Below are positions 49,630 to 58,237 of a stretch of DNA of 64,000 nucleotides, piece by piece. The notes beneath the pieces were generated by a model. The model was given only the letters and a program-made list of their open reading frames with translations. It had not been told where the DNA came from and made no database searches. How positions within the stretch are numbered: position 1 is the stretch's first letter; every line of letters begins with the position of its first letter. The DNA is from Nitrospirae bacterium MYbinv3 (GTDB lineage: Bacteria; Nitrospirota; Thermodesulfovibrionia; Thermodesulfovibrionales; Magnetobacteriaceae), in contig PEAB01000009.1 in assembly GCA_002753395.1 (NCBI GenBank), forward strand, positions 5,127-69,126. The letters run 5' to 3'. Position numbers and translations under genes: made by a program.

Positions 49630-50856
49630 TTATTCCAAAGTTAAGGCCATCTTTAGCGCCCCCTTTGCCGTGGCATTGAGGGGATCTTTGGCTATCCTTA
49701 CCTCTGATATGTCGATGGGCATGTTGATCATCCTGAGTACATCATTAAATTTCTCCTTAAACCCCTTGGGCATAGCAGTTCCACCACTTAACACAATGGG
49801 TATTGGGGCTGATATTTTGGGGATGTTTTCGGAAGATGAGATCACTCTACTCAGGTTTTCAACTAACGTGTTGATAAGGTCCATGTAATAGACGTGCAGG
49901 GCAGTCTCCATTCTGTTCTTGGGAAGGACTGAGAGGTCAAGGACTTCTTCCTTTGTAACCTTTATTTTGGTTGCCGGCTCGCCTATCTCACGGCTGACCA
50001 TCGCATCTATATAATCACCGCCCCTCTGGATGCTGAAGGTAATTACCGGTACGGACAGGTACGCCAGACACACATTACACATACCCCCTCCCATGCTTAT
50101 CCCAATACCAGTAAAGTTATCATCTACAAGCTCTTCCATGACAATGGCCAACGCCTCGTTAATGGAGATTGGCGTGTAACCAAAACTACCAAGGTACATC
50201 TTTATGATCGACTCATATCCCGCCACAAATGTAGGGTTATCCACGGGAACCCCAGGGATGCTAAAACATATGTATTCACCAAGTTTTCTTGGCTTCTTCA
50301 CAAGCGTATTTATTATCGCCTGTATGATTGTTATACCATCTTCTTCCTTCGAGCTTAGAAGTCCTTTCTCCATCGGTCTACGGGTGTTTTCGTTAAACAT
50401 GTTTGCAAAGCTCTCAGCGGAATATCCAAGAATGTAGTACAACTTGTTTTTTTCAAAAAACAATACATTATTTTGTGTCAATATCTTCTTAGTAAACATG
50501 GACTGTACGACAGGAAAAAAAGCGTTTAATTGCTTAACTATGTATAGATTGCCTCCCTTGTTCTGAGCCATGACAATATTACTGGTACCAAGGTCAAGCC
50601 CTACTGGCCCCTCAGAGGTTTCTACGTTTTTTGAGGTTGACATTGACACATCAGGCGCTGCTACCCTCTGTTGAGGTGAGGCCATGGGTGGCACCTCCTC
50701 TGCCATATCTCTCATAGCGTAGACAGGTGCCTCTACTGTGAGAGATACTTCATCCCGGGTAACCTTTTCATCTGCTTGCTTGCGCTGCTCCATCTCCGTT
50801 ATCCGGCTCCTTAGCAGCTCAACCTCATCCCTATACTTATTGAACTCATCCGCCAT
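49630..50856 (-). CDS. mad28: Actin-like Mad28 with N-terminal coiled-coil extension
   Basis: VGLDLGTSNIV, INEALA, GISMGGGMCNV, RGGDYID, VLSGGTAMP. Confidence 0.8.
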   Translation of the reverse strand: MADEFNKYRDEVELLRSRITEMEQRKQADEKVTRDEVSLTVEAPVYAMRDMAEEVPPMASPQQRVAAPDVSMSTSKNVETSEGPVGLDLGTSNIVMAQNKGGNLYIVKQLNAFFPVVQSMFTKKILTQNNVLFFEKNKLYYILGYSAESFANMFNENTRRPMEKGLLSSKEEDGITIIQAIINTLVKKPRKLGEYICFSIPGVPVDNPTFVAGYESIIKMYLGSFGYTPISINEALAIVMEELVDDNFTGIGISMGGGMCNVCLAYLSVPVITFSIQRGGDYIDAMVSREIGEPATKIKVTKEEVLDLSVLPKNRMETALHVYYMDLINTLVENLSRVISSSENIPKISAPIPIVLSGGTAMPKGFKEKFNDVLRMINMPIDISEVRIAKDPLNATAKGALKMALTLE

Positions 50857-51229
50857 AGTGAAATTCCCTCCTAAATTTTTTATTAGTTATACCATAGCTC
50901 ATGTTACGCAAAAGCACAGTAAAAAGCATTATTATAAAGTTAAGCATAACTCAATGTTCAAGTATTTTGCAAGATAGGGTGCATCTGAAGTGTAATCATA
51001 GTATATCCTCCTTTGTAGCGACAAGCTAAGTGTTTTGAGGAAGGCAGGGATGAATCTATATTTACTATCCTTTGGGTTGTTCATGATGAAAAGCAGGAAT
51101 AGTCCTATGCCAAATGCGAGACTATATCTTTTAAGTGCTCTCCATATCTCTCCTTAAAGAGGTTACCTGTGTATAAACCTATAAGAAACGCCATCATTAA
51201 CACCACCAAAAACTTATTGATGATCTCTG

Positions 51230-51351
51230 GAGCCTCTTGCAAAAGTACATGTTATATAAAATATAGCAAAAAACTCACTTTGTAAGTAGTTGATATTAAA
51301 TAGTATTTTGGGGGCACGATAATTGCCTGATTTGAGTTTTGCAAGAGGCTC
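51230..51351. mobile_element. Family F MITE-like element (122 bp)
   Basis: Perfect 15-bp TIR GAGCCTCTTGCAAAA / TTTTGCAAGAGGCTC; IHF consensus on minus strand 51283-51295; no clean TSD. Confidence 0.7.
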
Positions 51352-51386
51352 TACTATTTTAATAAAAATATCAAACAGCCTTCATG

Positions 51387-52346
51387 TCAATAAAGCCCAT
51401 CGCCGTCAATAAACATCTCCTGTGTGTATCGGAGCATGTAGTAGTTGTCCTTAAACTCCCCGATAACCGGTGCAACAACTTGCCCCTTAAGCAGCCTTAT
51501 CAAAAACAACGGGCTGTTAGCGCCGGCAGCAAAACTCAGGGCAGCTCCACCTCCAAAACGCGGGTTCACCTCTATGAATTTAACACACCCCTCGTCTAAG
51601 AAACACTGCACCGTGTTGTGCCCCCTGAGAGAGAGCTCAACGGCAAGCCTCTCTGCCTCTTCAATCAGTTGAGGGTTCTTGCTCGTCCTACCGGTAAACG
51701 ACTCACCGCCAAGGACGGCTATACGCTCACGGGGGACAACCGATATAACCCGTCCATTGAAGTCCACAAATACATCGATAGTGTACTCTGGCGCCTGTAT
51801 AAACTCCTGAATGAGTATATCAGGCGTCTCTTCAAACACCCTCATCAACTCCTTCCTGGAATGGATCAAGAAGATACCCCTACCCCCCTTGCCAGTATGC
51901 GGCTTTGCAAACAGAGGGTAGACAATATCCTTCCTTAATTGCCCTGCATCATACAATTGGGGTACAGAAAAAATCATTTTTGTGCAAAACTCGTAAAACA
52001 ACCGCTTGTCCTGACACGTACTGATCGTCGGGGGTGATGAGACCATCACTGTGGTACCTATCTCAGCAAAACGCTCACGATGTTGTGAAAAGATCAGCAA
52101 CTCCTCATCCCCTTTTGGAATAAGAAGCCTGACCTCACGATCCCTGCATATCTCTAACAATCTGGGTATAAACCATGGATCTGCATCAAAAGGCACAAGG
52201 AGATGTTCATCGGCTACATATAGGGCAGCCGACAGTGGACTGACATCAGCGGCTATGACTCTGCCGCCTCCCTCAGAACTCAGAGCATCTTTGAACGAAT
52301 TAATCAGACCTACCTTACGGGAGGCACTTGTTATCAGGACGTTCAT
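51387..52346 (-). CDS. ATP-grasp protein (carbamoyl-phosphate-synthase-like, surface-polysaccharide associated)
   Basis: FAKPHTGKGG, IQEFIQAPEYTID, FIEVNPRFGGG. Confidence 0.85.
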   Translation of the reverse strand: MNVLITSASRKVGLINSFKDALSSEGGGRVIAADVSPLSAALYVADEHLLVPFDADPWFIPRLLEICRDREVRLLIPKGDEELLIFSQHRERFAEIGTTVMVSSPPTISTCQDKRLFYEFCTKMIFSVPQLYDAGQLRKDIVYPLFAKPHTGKGGRGIFLIHSRKELMRVFEETPDILIQEFIQAPEYTIDVFVDFNGRVISVVPRERIAVLGGESFTGRTSKNPQLIEEAERLAVELSLRGHNTVQCFLDEGCVKFIEVNPRFGGGAALSFAAGANSPLFLIRLLKGQVVAPVIGEFKDNYYMLRYTQEMFIDGDGLY

Positions 52347-52349
52347 AAG

Positions 52350-53306
52350 CTAGCCGCTGAGATTTGTAGACCCTTTTAGGGTCCTTTCGTACTCTATAAC
52401 CCTTCGTATCCCTTCATTCACAGAGAGTGAGGGTGTCCATCCTGTCAGTTCTTTAAGTCTCGATAGATTAGCACAACTGCGCTCAATTGGCTCTACCGTG
52501 CCCTTGTCAATATACTCAAGGCCCACTTCAGTCTTTAAGATGTCGAGCACATCAGAAATGGTGGTCAACACACCAGAGCCAAGGTTTACAACCCCGCGCG
52601 CCTCTTGACAGCAGGCCAACTGATAAAGCCCCAGAGCGACGTCTGCGGCGTAGATAAAATCAAAGCCGTTTTCCTTGTTGTACACCTCAACGATCTGCCC
52701 CTGAAGCGCCATCCGTATCCACCTTGAGATTACATCCTTTGAGCCACATCCAAACACCCTGTAAATCCTTGCATTTATGTAGCGCAACGCTGGATTAACA
52801 ACGTCGGTAACGAACTTCAGCTCCCGCTCTGTGTAGTACTTTGAAGCCCCAGTGATGTTTCTGGGGCTAACCATGTCGTCTTCAGTGAGATAGCGAGTTG
52901 CCGGATTTTTTTCTGAGTGCATATACAGTTCGTTCGAGTAGATAAGATAACTTGAGGCAAATACAAACACCTTTAGACTGGACGACTGTCCCGCAAGCTC
53001 AACCATCAGGTGGCTTAAACGTGTGTTGTCCTGCCAGTTCCTGTTCCAAAACCCTGGAGACTCACTCGACCTCTCAAAGGCGGCGGCTAAGTGAAAGACT
53101 ACCTCCGGGGCAAAATCCTTTATCGCCTCAATGGAGTTGCTAGCGATATCACATTTGATGTGAATAACCCCATTTAGTGCAGCATTGTCAAGCGGCATCC
53201 TGTCAATGGAGAGTACGTTTGCGCCATCTTCAGCCAATAGAGACAGCAGTTGCCGCCCAATCACACCGGCTCCACCGGTTACCAAAACCCGTTTATTATT
53301 CATCAT
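52350..53306 (-). CDS. NAD-dependent epimerase/dehydratase
   Basis: LVTGGAGVIG, FHLAA, ASSYLIY, TGASK (Tyr of YxxxK replaced). Confidence 0.85.
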   Translation of the reverse strand: MMNNKRVLVTGGAGVIGRQLLSLLAEDGANVLSIDRMPLDNAALNGVIHIKCDIASNSIEAIKDFAPEVVFHLAAAFERSSESPGFWNRNWQDNTRLSHLMVELAGQSSSLKVFVFASSYLIYSNELYMHSEKNPATRYLTEDDMVSPRNITGASKYYTERELKFVTDVVNPALRYINARIYRVFGCGSKDVISRWIRMALQGQIVEVYNKENGFDFIYAADVALGLYQLACCQEARGVVNLGSGVLTTISDVLDILKTEVGLEYIDKGTVEPIERSCANLSRLKELTGWTPSLSVNEGIRRVIEYERTLKGSTNLSG

Positions 53307-54292
53307 AATAGACTCATCTCCTTAATTACTTCTTGGCAGCCACTACCGGTAACGGTCTGCTGCCCCTTGATACTCATTTGATTACGCATGTCCCTATCTG
53401 CCATGAGGTCTGTTAATAGTGTACAGACATCGTGTTCCGTGGTGGTTTCAAACCAGCCGGCATCGACAAACAGACCGTGCTTATTCAACCCTCCAACCAG
53501 ATAATCCTCTATTGTGGCAACCCGTCCTACGATAGAAGGTACACCCATAAACGCAAGCTCCCAGACGGTTGTCCCCCCCGATGTGATTGCTGCATCAGCC
53601 CATGACATAAGCGCTGGCATGTCTGTTACGTTTTGAAGGATTGTGAACCTGCTTGCCATCTTCATAGCCTTGATACGCTCAAGGTGGGGGTTGCCAGCCC
53701 CCAGGACTACCGTGATGTCTAAATCTGAAACGTCAATTATGGATTTTAGAATTTTCTCTGTGAAATTGCCCTTGTCTATGCCGCCAAGCGTTATTAGGAG
53801 GTTCTTACCTGCGTTTGAGATATGTTTTGTTTTAAAAAGGAAACTTAGGAACTCGTTTCTCAGCATGACGTATTTGACTCCTAAGAGCAGTCTGGTGTGT
53901 TCAGGGTAGTTGTAATGAAGGTCGTGGGCGTGGAGGTTCTGGTTTACAACGATATCGACGTCGTATATAGGAAGACTGCCCATGTCGTCTATTGCAAGCA
54001 CCCTGCATCCACAGCCGCGGAGGAAGTCGTGATATGTCTCGTCAAAATGGACGCCGTCAACGACTATCCAGTCAGGTCTTTGGGATTTTATAAGTTCGAT
54101 CTCTTCTTTTAGGCTTATAAAGTCAAAGCCTTCTTTTATGATCCTCTCGATGAGGCCTTTTGGGTCGCACCTAGAGATAAAGACGACTTTTACGTCATGC
54201 CTGACCAACGACTGACCCAGGGCCAGGCAGCGCATCACATGCCCTGTGCCAATACCCTCAAAGGCATCCGCTCGCATAATAACCGTCTTCAT
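53303..54292 (-). CDS. pseG: PseG/SpsG-like UDP-sugar hydrolase (nonulosonate pathway)
   Basis: RADA...IGTGHVMRCLALG, VLAIDD, LLGVKYVMLR, ITLGGID, SGGTTVWELAFMGVP. Confidence 0.75.
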   Translation of the reverse strand: MKTVIMRADAFEGIGTGHVMRCLALGQSLVRHDVKVVFISRCDPKGLIERIIKEGFDFISLKEEIELIKSQRPDWIVVDGVHFDETYHDFLRGCGCRVLAIDDMGSLPIYDVDIVVNQNLHAHDLHYNYPEHTRLLLGVKYVMLRNEFLSFLFKTKHISNAGKNLLITLGGIDKGNFTEKILKSIIDVSDLDITVVLGAGNPHLERIKAMKMASRFTILQNVTDMPALMSWADAAITSGGTTVWELAFMGVPSIVGRVATIEDYLVGGLNKHGLFVDAGWFETTTEHDVCTLLTDLMADRDMRNQMSIKGQQTVTGSGCQEVIKEMSLL

Positions 54293-54300
54293 AGAGTTAA

Positions 54301-54360
54301 GAAGGGGGAGCTCCGCTCCCCCTCAGACCCCCTCGCAAGGGGACCAGTCCCCTTGACCCC
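54301..54360 (+). repeat. Family A repeat
   Basis: GGGGGAGC-TCC-GCTCCCCC plus AAGGGGACCAGTCCCCTTGACCCC. Confidence 0.9.
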
Positions 54361-54395
54361 ATTTGTCATGGTAAGTTTGATAAAATATCCTTATT

Positions 54396-54890
54396 CTACT
54401 GATTTGCACTTTTCTTGCTGGATACTGCTGTTGACAACCAAAACAGCAAAAACAACACTGATGCAACAACCGTTAATCCACCAGCAATAATCATAAAGAC
54501 GCTGTTTCTCAAGAGGATAGCAGTGATCTTTAGGCTGCTCAGGGGAGTGAAGTCTAAGGCAATGTTACACAAGAGGCGTTTTTCAGTCTTTAGTCGTAAG
54601 GAAAACAGAAAGACGTTTAGGAAGCCTGAGCCGGTTATGTTTCCTACCGGCACGATGACAACGTCAAAGCGCTGTTGTTCTAGTTCGTTGGGCAGCCTAA
54701 AAAGACTAAAGGCGTCCGTGTAGGGATAGACGTAGACGTGGTTGACGTCGGTGTACTTTTCTGCTGCTAGTTTGCCATGTTGGTGGGTCAACAGAGATAT
54801 CTCACTTTGGGGGTACATGGCTTTGAGCCTGGCCAGTACCCTATCCAAGAGTTGAAAGCTGGTAGAGCGTATGATTAAGATTTTCGTCAT
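54396..54890 (-). CDS. Hypothetical protein (glycosyltransferase-9 N-domain-like, C-terminal TM)
   Basis: KILIIRS, YPQSEISLL, FDVVIV resemble the heptosyltransferase N-domain; weak. Confidence 0.4.
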   Translation of the reverse strand: MTKILIIRSTSFQLLDRVLARLKAMYPQSEISLLTHQHGKLAAEKYTDVNHVYVYPYTDAFSLFRLPNELEQQRFDVVIVPVGNITGSGFLNVFLFSLRLKTEKRLLCNIALDFTPLSSLKITAILLRNSVFMIIAGGLTVVASVLFLLFWLSTAVSSKKSANQ

Positions 54891-55699
54891 GTAATAACAG
54901 TTACTTGTTCATATAATTTAGGTATCTTGTCTTGCCGTAATCTGAATTTTGTTCCATGATTGTGACCTGTCCTTGCATCAAAGTCAACTAGTATATCCGC
55001 ATGTTCAATAGCAGTTAAAAACTTTTCAAAGCTGAATTTCTGAAGCATCATAATCTTTTCATAAGAAAAATACTCTGCCCCGTCTTCATTTTTAACTTTT
55101 GCTTGTACATAAAAACAATTTAAGAGCTTAGTTCCAGCCTTATGAAATAAATCATCGAAACCCCAATATGGTTGAGGGTTAAGCTCACCTAATCCGGCCT
55201 TGTTTTCAACTGATTTCAACCATATAGAATGTTTCTCAGAAACAGATAGGGCATCAAATGAGATTAAAACCTTTTTTTCACTTCGATTAATTGTAACCAT
55301 AAACCCCCTATCGCTTCTTGATTGACCATGAATTGTCTGGCGAAAACTCATTTCTTCAGCATGATATTTTGCTCCAGCCTCTTGATGGGGCCAACCATAT
55401 TTAAGAAGGAATATCTTAGGTACAAATTTTAATGCACGTGGTGAGGGTTCCATGTGAAAAAGAGTTATTAATGAAGTTGAATTTAATCTTTGACATTTCA
55501 ATTCCCATTCAGCAGCATTAGGGATTGGTAGGTTATTTTCTTTAATACCTAATAAATCTTCTATAGTGTTGCCAATTCCACCTGCATTTCCGGTGCGTGC
55601 ATTTTTTATCCATCCCATCTCTTTAATACCCATCAGCTTATCTATTAACTCATCTTTTGTGTATGTATTCATTTTATCTAAATTATCTGAGGTTTCCAA
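54887..55699 (-). CDS. MvaI/BcnI-family restriction endonuclease
   Basis: NAGGIGNTIEDLLGIKENN, EWELK, ITLFHMEP, HNHGTKFR; AT-rich; coupled to a methylase. Confidence 0.85.
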   Translation of the reverse strand: METSDNLDKMNTYTKDELIDKLMGIKEMGWIKNARTGNAGGIGNTIEDLLGIKENNLPIPNAAEWELKCQRLNSTSLITLFHMEPSPRALKFVPKIFLLKYGWPHQEAGAKYHAEEMSFRQTIHGQSRSDRGFMVTINRSEKKVLISFDALSVSEKHSIWLKSVENKAGLGELNPQPYWGFDDLFHKAGTKLLNCFYVQAKVKNEDGAEYFSYEKIMMLQKFSFEKFLTAIEHADILVDFDARTGHNHGTKFRLRQDKIPKLYEQVTVIT

Positions 55700-56565
55700 A
55701 AGTCAAGCAAATATTCAAAGGTTACACCCATTGTTATATAATTACTTGGCCATCCGAATATCCCAATTTGATTTACAATATTTGTTCTATCCCAAATAAT
55801 AATGTTTCGTAATTCATAGCCTCTTGACCTCAATTCTTCTATTAAAGATACATGTATTGTAATTCTCTGGTTGTCCCACCACATATCAGGGACATTTATA
55901 ATACAATGCCCCTTTGGCTTTAGCAGGGGCAAGATCGACTGAAAAATATCACCCATAGCTTGACAATAGTCATTTAACGGCATTGTTCCCAGGTCTCTTG
56001 TGTCTTGTGAATATTGCTCTATCTTGCCAAGCTGCTCATTATTCCTAAAACGCCTTGACTTGTTTTTCCTTTCTCTATTTAGGAGGTTTGAGTAAGGAGG
56101 AGATGTCCAAACAAGACTTATCGTCTCCTTCTCAAAAAATTTATAGATATTTCTGGCATCATCATTTATGAAAAGTTGCTGAGAGGAATTAAAGATACAA
56201 ACATTATTCAATCTTGATAATGAAAGGGCGCCATAACTCTCTTGTAAATCAAATTGAACTGCATTACGGTCTAAATCACGTGCGGCAACAAGGGTTGTAC
56301 CACTTCCCACAAAGGGATCAACAACTAATTCGCCTTCATGCGTGAAAAGCGCAATTACCTTCTGTGCCAGTGAGATTGGAAATGTTGCAGGATGCAGCTT
56401 CTTGTCTCTTATATCCCTCTTTTCATAAGTAAACTGCCAAACCCCAAGTTGACTTTTTAGCCATTCCTTTGGTGTCATGCAATTAATATGAGTTGGTTTA
56501 CAATTGCACGTTCTCTTATAAGCAATGTCAATTGGCTTTGTTATCTCAGTATCAGATGAGTTCAT
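55678..56565 (-). CDS. N4-cytosine DNA methyltransferase
   Basis: HPATFP, VVDPFVGSGTT, WTSPPY; overlaps the nuclease start. Confidence 0.88.
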   Translation of the reverse strand: MNSSDTEITKPIDIAYKRTCNCKPTHINCMTPKEWLKSQLGVWQFTYEKRDIRDKKLHPATFPISLAQKVIALFTHEGELVVDPFVGSGTTLVAARDLDRNAVQFDLQESYGALSLSRLNNVCIFNSSQQLFINDDARNIYKFFEKETISLVWTSPPYSNLLNRERKNKSRRFRNNEQLGKIEQYSQDTRDLGTMPLNDYCQAMGDIFQSILPLLKPKGHCIINVPDMWWDNQRITIHVSLIEELRSRGYELRNIIIWDRTNIVNQIGIFGWPSNYITMGVTFEYLLDFWKPQII

Positions 56566-56578
56566 TCTTAGCGAAATA

Positions 56579-57685
56579 TCATATCAGTTGTCTTATGTAT
56601 TCCTCAACAGCGTTTATGTCTGACCATACCTTTAAGGGGTCTTTGGTGACCTTAAAGACGGTATCTGGGTCTTTTAGACCATTGCCGGTTAGGGTGCAAA
56701 CGATGGTGGAGTCTTTTTTAAAGTAGCCTCTGGCGTTTAGCTTTATTAGACCTGCTATTGAGGCAGCGCTGGCGGGTTCGCAAAAGACGCCCTCCATCCG
56801 TGCAGCTAATGTGTAGGCATCTAATATCTCCTCGTCGGTGACCATGTCTATCAGGCCGCCCGATTCGTCCCTGGCTTGCTCGGCAAACTTCCAGCTGGCC
56901 GGGTTGCCAATCCTGATGGCAGAGGCTATGGTCTCAGGGGTTTTGACCACGCTCCCTCTAACAATAGGGGCCGCGCCAGATGCCTGGATCCCTACCATAA
57001 CAGGGAGCGTGTCCACCTTGGCATTGTCTTTGTACTCCTTGTACCCCTTCCAGTAGGCCGTGATGTTACCGGCATTTCCCACCGGAAGCACATGATAGTC
57101 AGGTGGTGCGCCTAACTGATCGCAGACCTCAAAGGCCGCTGTTTTCTGACCAGCTATCCTGTAAGGATTTATTGAGTTGACAAGGGTTATAGGGTATTTC
57201 TCTACTACCCCTTTTACAATCTTGAGCGCCTCATCAAAGTTCCCCTTTATCTGCAATACAGCGGCCCCATGAATAAGGGCCTGAACGAGCTTGCCAAGCG
57301 CAATCTTGCCCTCAGGTATCAATACAATGCAGCAGATGCCAGCTCTTGCCGCATAGGCCGCAGCAGAGGCCGATGTATTACCGGTAGAGGCGCAGATAAC
57401 AGCCCGTGCCCCATCCTCAAGGGCCTTGGATATGGCTAGGGTCATTCCACGGTCCTTAAACGAACCAGTAGGATTAAGACCATCGAACTTAAAATAGACC
57501 CTGCCCTCAAATCCTATCTTATTACACAAGTTCATGGCGCTGATCAAAGGCGTATTGCCCTCGTTTAGCGAAACAACCGGTGTGCTTGCACTAACTGGCA
57601 GGTAATCCCTGTATGTTTCGATAATACCGTTCCACGCTGTGTTTTTTTTCACTAACACGCTGCCCAGGTCGTCTTCATTGACCAT
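56579..57685 (-). CDS. thrC: Threonine synthase (canonical short type)
   Basis: [46 protein letters not shown]. Confidence 0.93.
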   Translation of the reverse strand: MVNEDDLGSVLVKKNTAWNGIIETYRDYLPVSASTPVVSLNEGNTPLISAMNLCNKIGFEGRVYFKFDGLNPTGSFKDRGMTLAISKALEDGARAVICASTGNTSASAAAYAARAGICCIVLIPEGKIALGKLVQALIHGAAVLQIKGNFDEALKIVKGVVEKYPITLVNSINPYRIAGQKTAAFEVCDQLGAPPDYHVLPVGNAGNITAYWKGYKEYKDNAKVDTLPVMVGIQASGAAPIVRGSVVKTPETIASAIRIGNPASWKFAEQARDESGGLIDMVTDEEILDAYTLAARMEGVFCEPASAASIAGLIKLNARGYFKKDSTIVCTLTGNGLKDPDTVFKVTKDPLKVWSDINAVEEYIRQLI

Positions 57686-57693
57686 TTATCCTC

Positions 57694-57930
57694 CTATTGA
57701 ATTATATCTCCTTCGACGAGTTCAACGTCCACACCTGCTTGTCTAAGGGCCGCAATAGCCTGGTCAACCTTTTCGTTTTCGCCATCTATCTCTAATATCA
57801 TCTCCCCGACGGTCTCTGTCACGCGAGCCCTTCGGATGTTTGGTATCACGTCAAACTGTTTAGCTACCGTGTATATAACGGGTTCCTTAATTAGGTGTTG
57901 CGGAAACGTTAGTTTTATTCGCTTTTTCAT
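57694..57930 (-). CDS. Stand-alone NIL domain protein
   Basis: LTFP....EPVI......FDV..NIRRA.V....G.MILE; start set at ATG 57930. Confidence 0.8.
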   Translation of the reverse strand: MKKRIKLTFPQHLIKEPVIYTVAKQFDVIPNIRRARVTETVGEMILEIDGENEKVDQAIAALRQAGVDVELVEGDIIQ

Positions 57931-57947
57931 CTTATCCCCCGGTGTAG

Positions 57948-58226
57948 TCAAAAGCAGCCCCCTGCAATGGCAGGAACGATGGAGAGCTCATCGCCGTCTT
58001 TGAGAACTGACTCTTCCGCCTTTAAAAACCTTATATCCTCTTCATTTACATATATGTTAACAAATCTCCTTATCTTTCCCCCCTCCGATATCCTCTCCGC
58101 AATACCTGGATATCTGGTGTCAAGGTCTCCAATAATGGAGATAACAGTACCAGCATTAGCCTCTACCTCCTGTTTACCCTCCGTTAGTCTCTGTAGAGGA
58201 GTGGGAATTCTTACTTTTACAGACAT
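57948..58226 (-). CDS. MoaD/CysO-like ubiquitin-fold sulfur carrier ending GG-CF
   Basis: VRIPTPL, FVNIYVNEEDIRFL, SIVPAIAGGCF; DNA reads GGG GGC TGC TTT TGA. Confidence 0.9.
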   Translation of the reverse strand: MSVKVRIPTPLQRLTEGKQEVEANAGTVISIIGDLDTRYPGIAERISEGGKIRRFVNIYVNEEDIRFLKAEESVLKDGDELSIVPAIAGGCF

Positions 58227-58237
58227 AAAGCCTCCAT

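Noticed and set aside
51387-54890. Sugar-nucleotide genes as part of the magnetosome system
   Set aside because: They are ordinary surface-glycan families, separated from mad28 by about 530 bp and a MITE.
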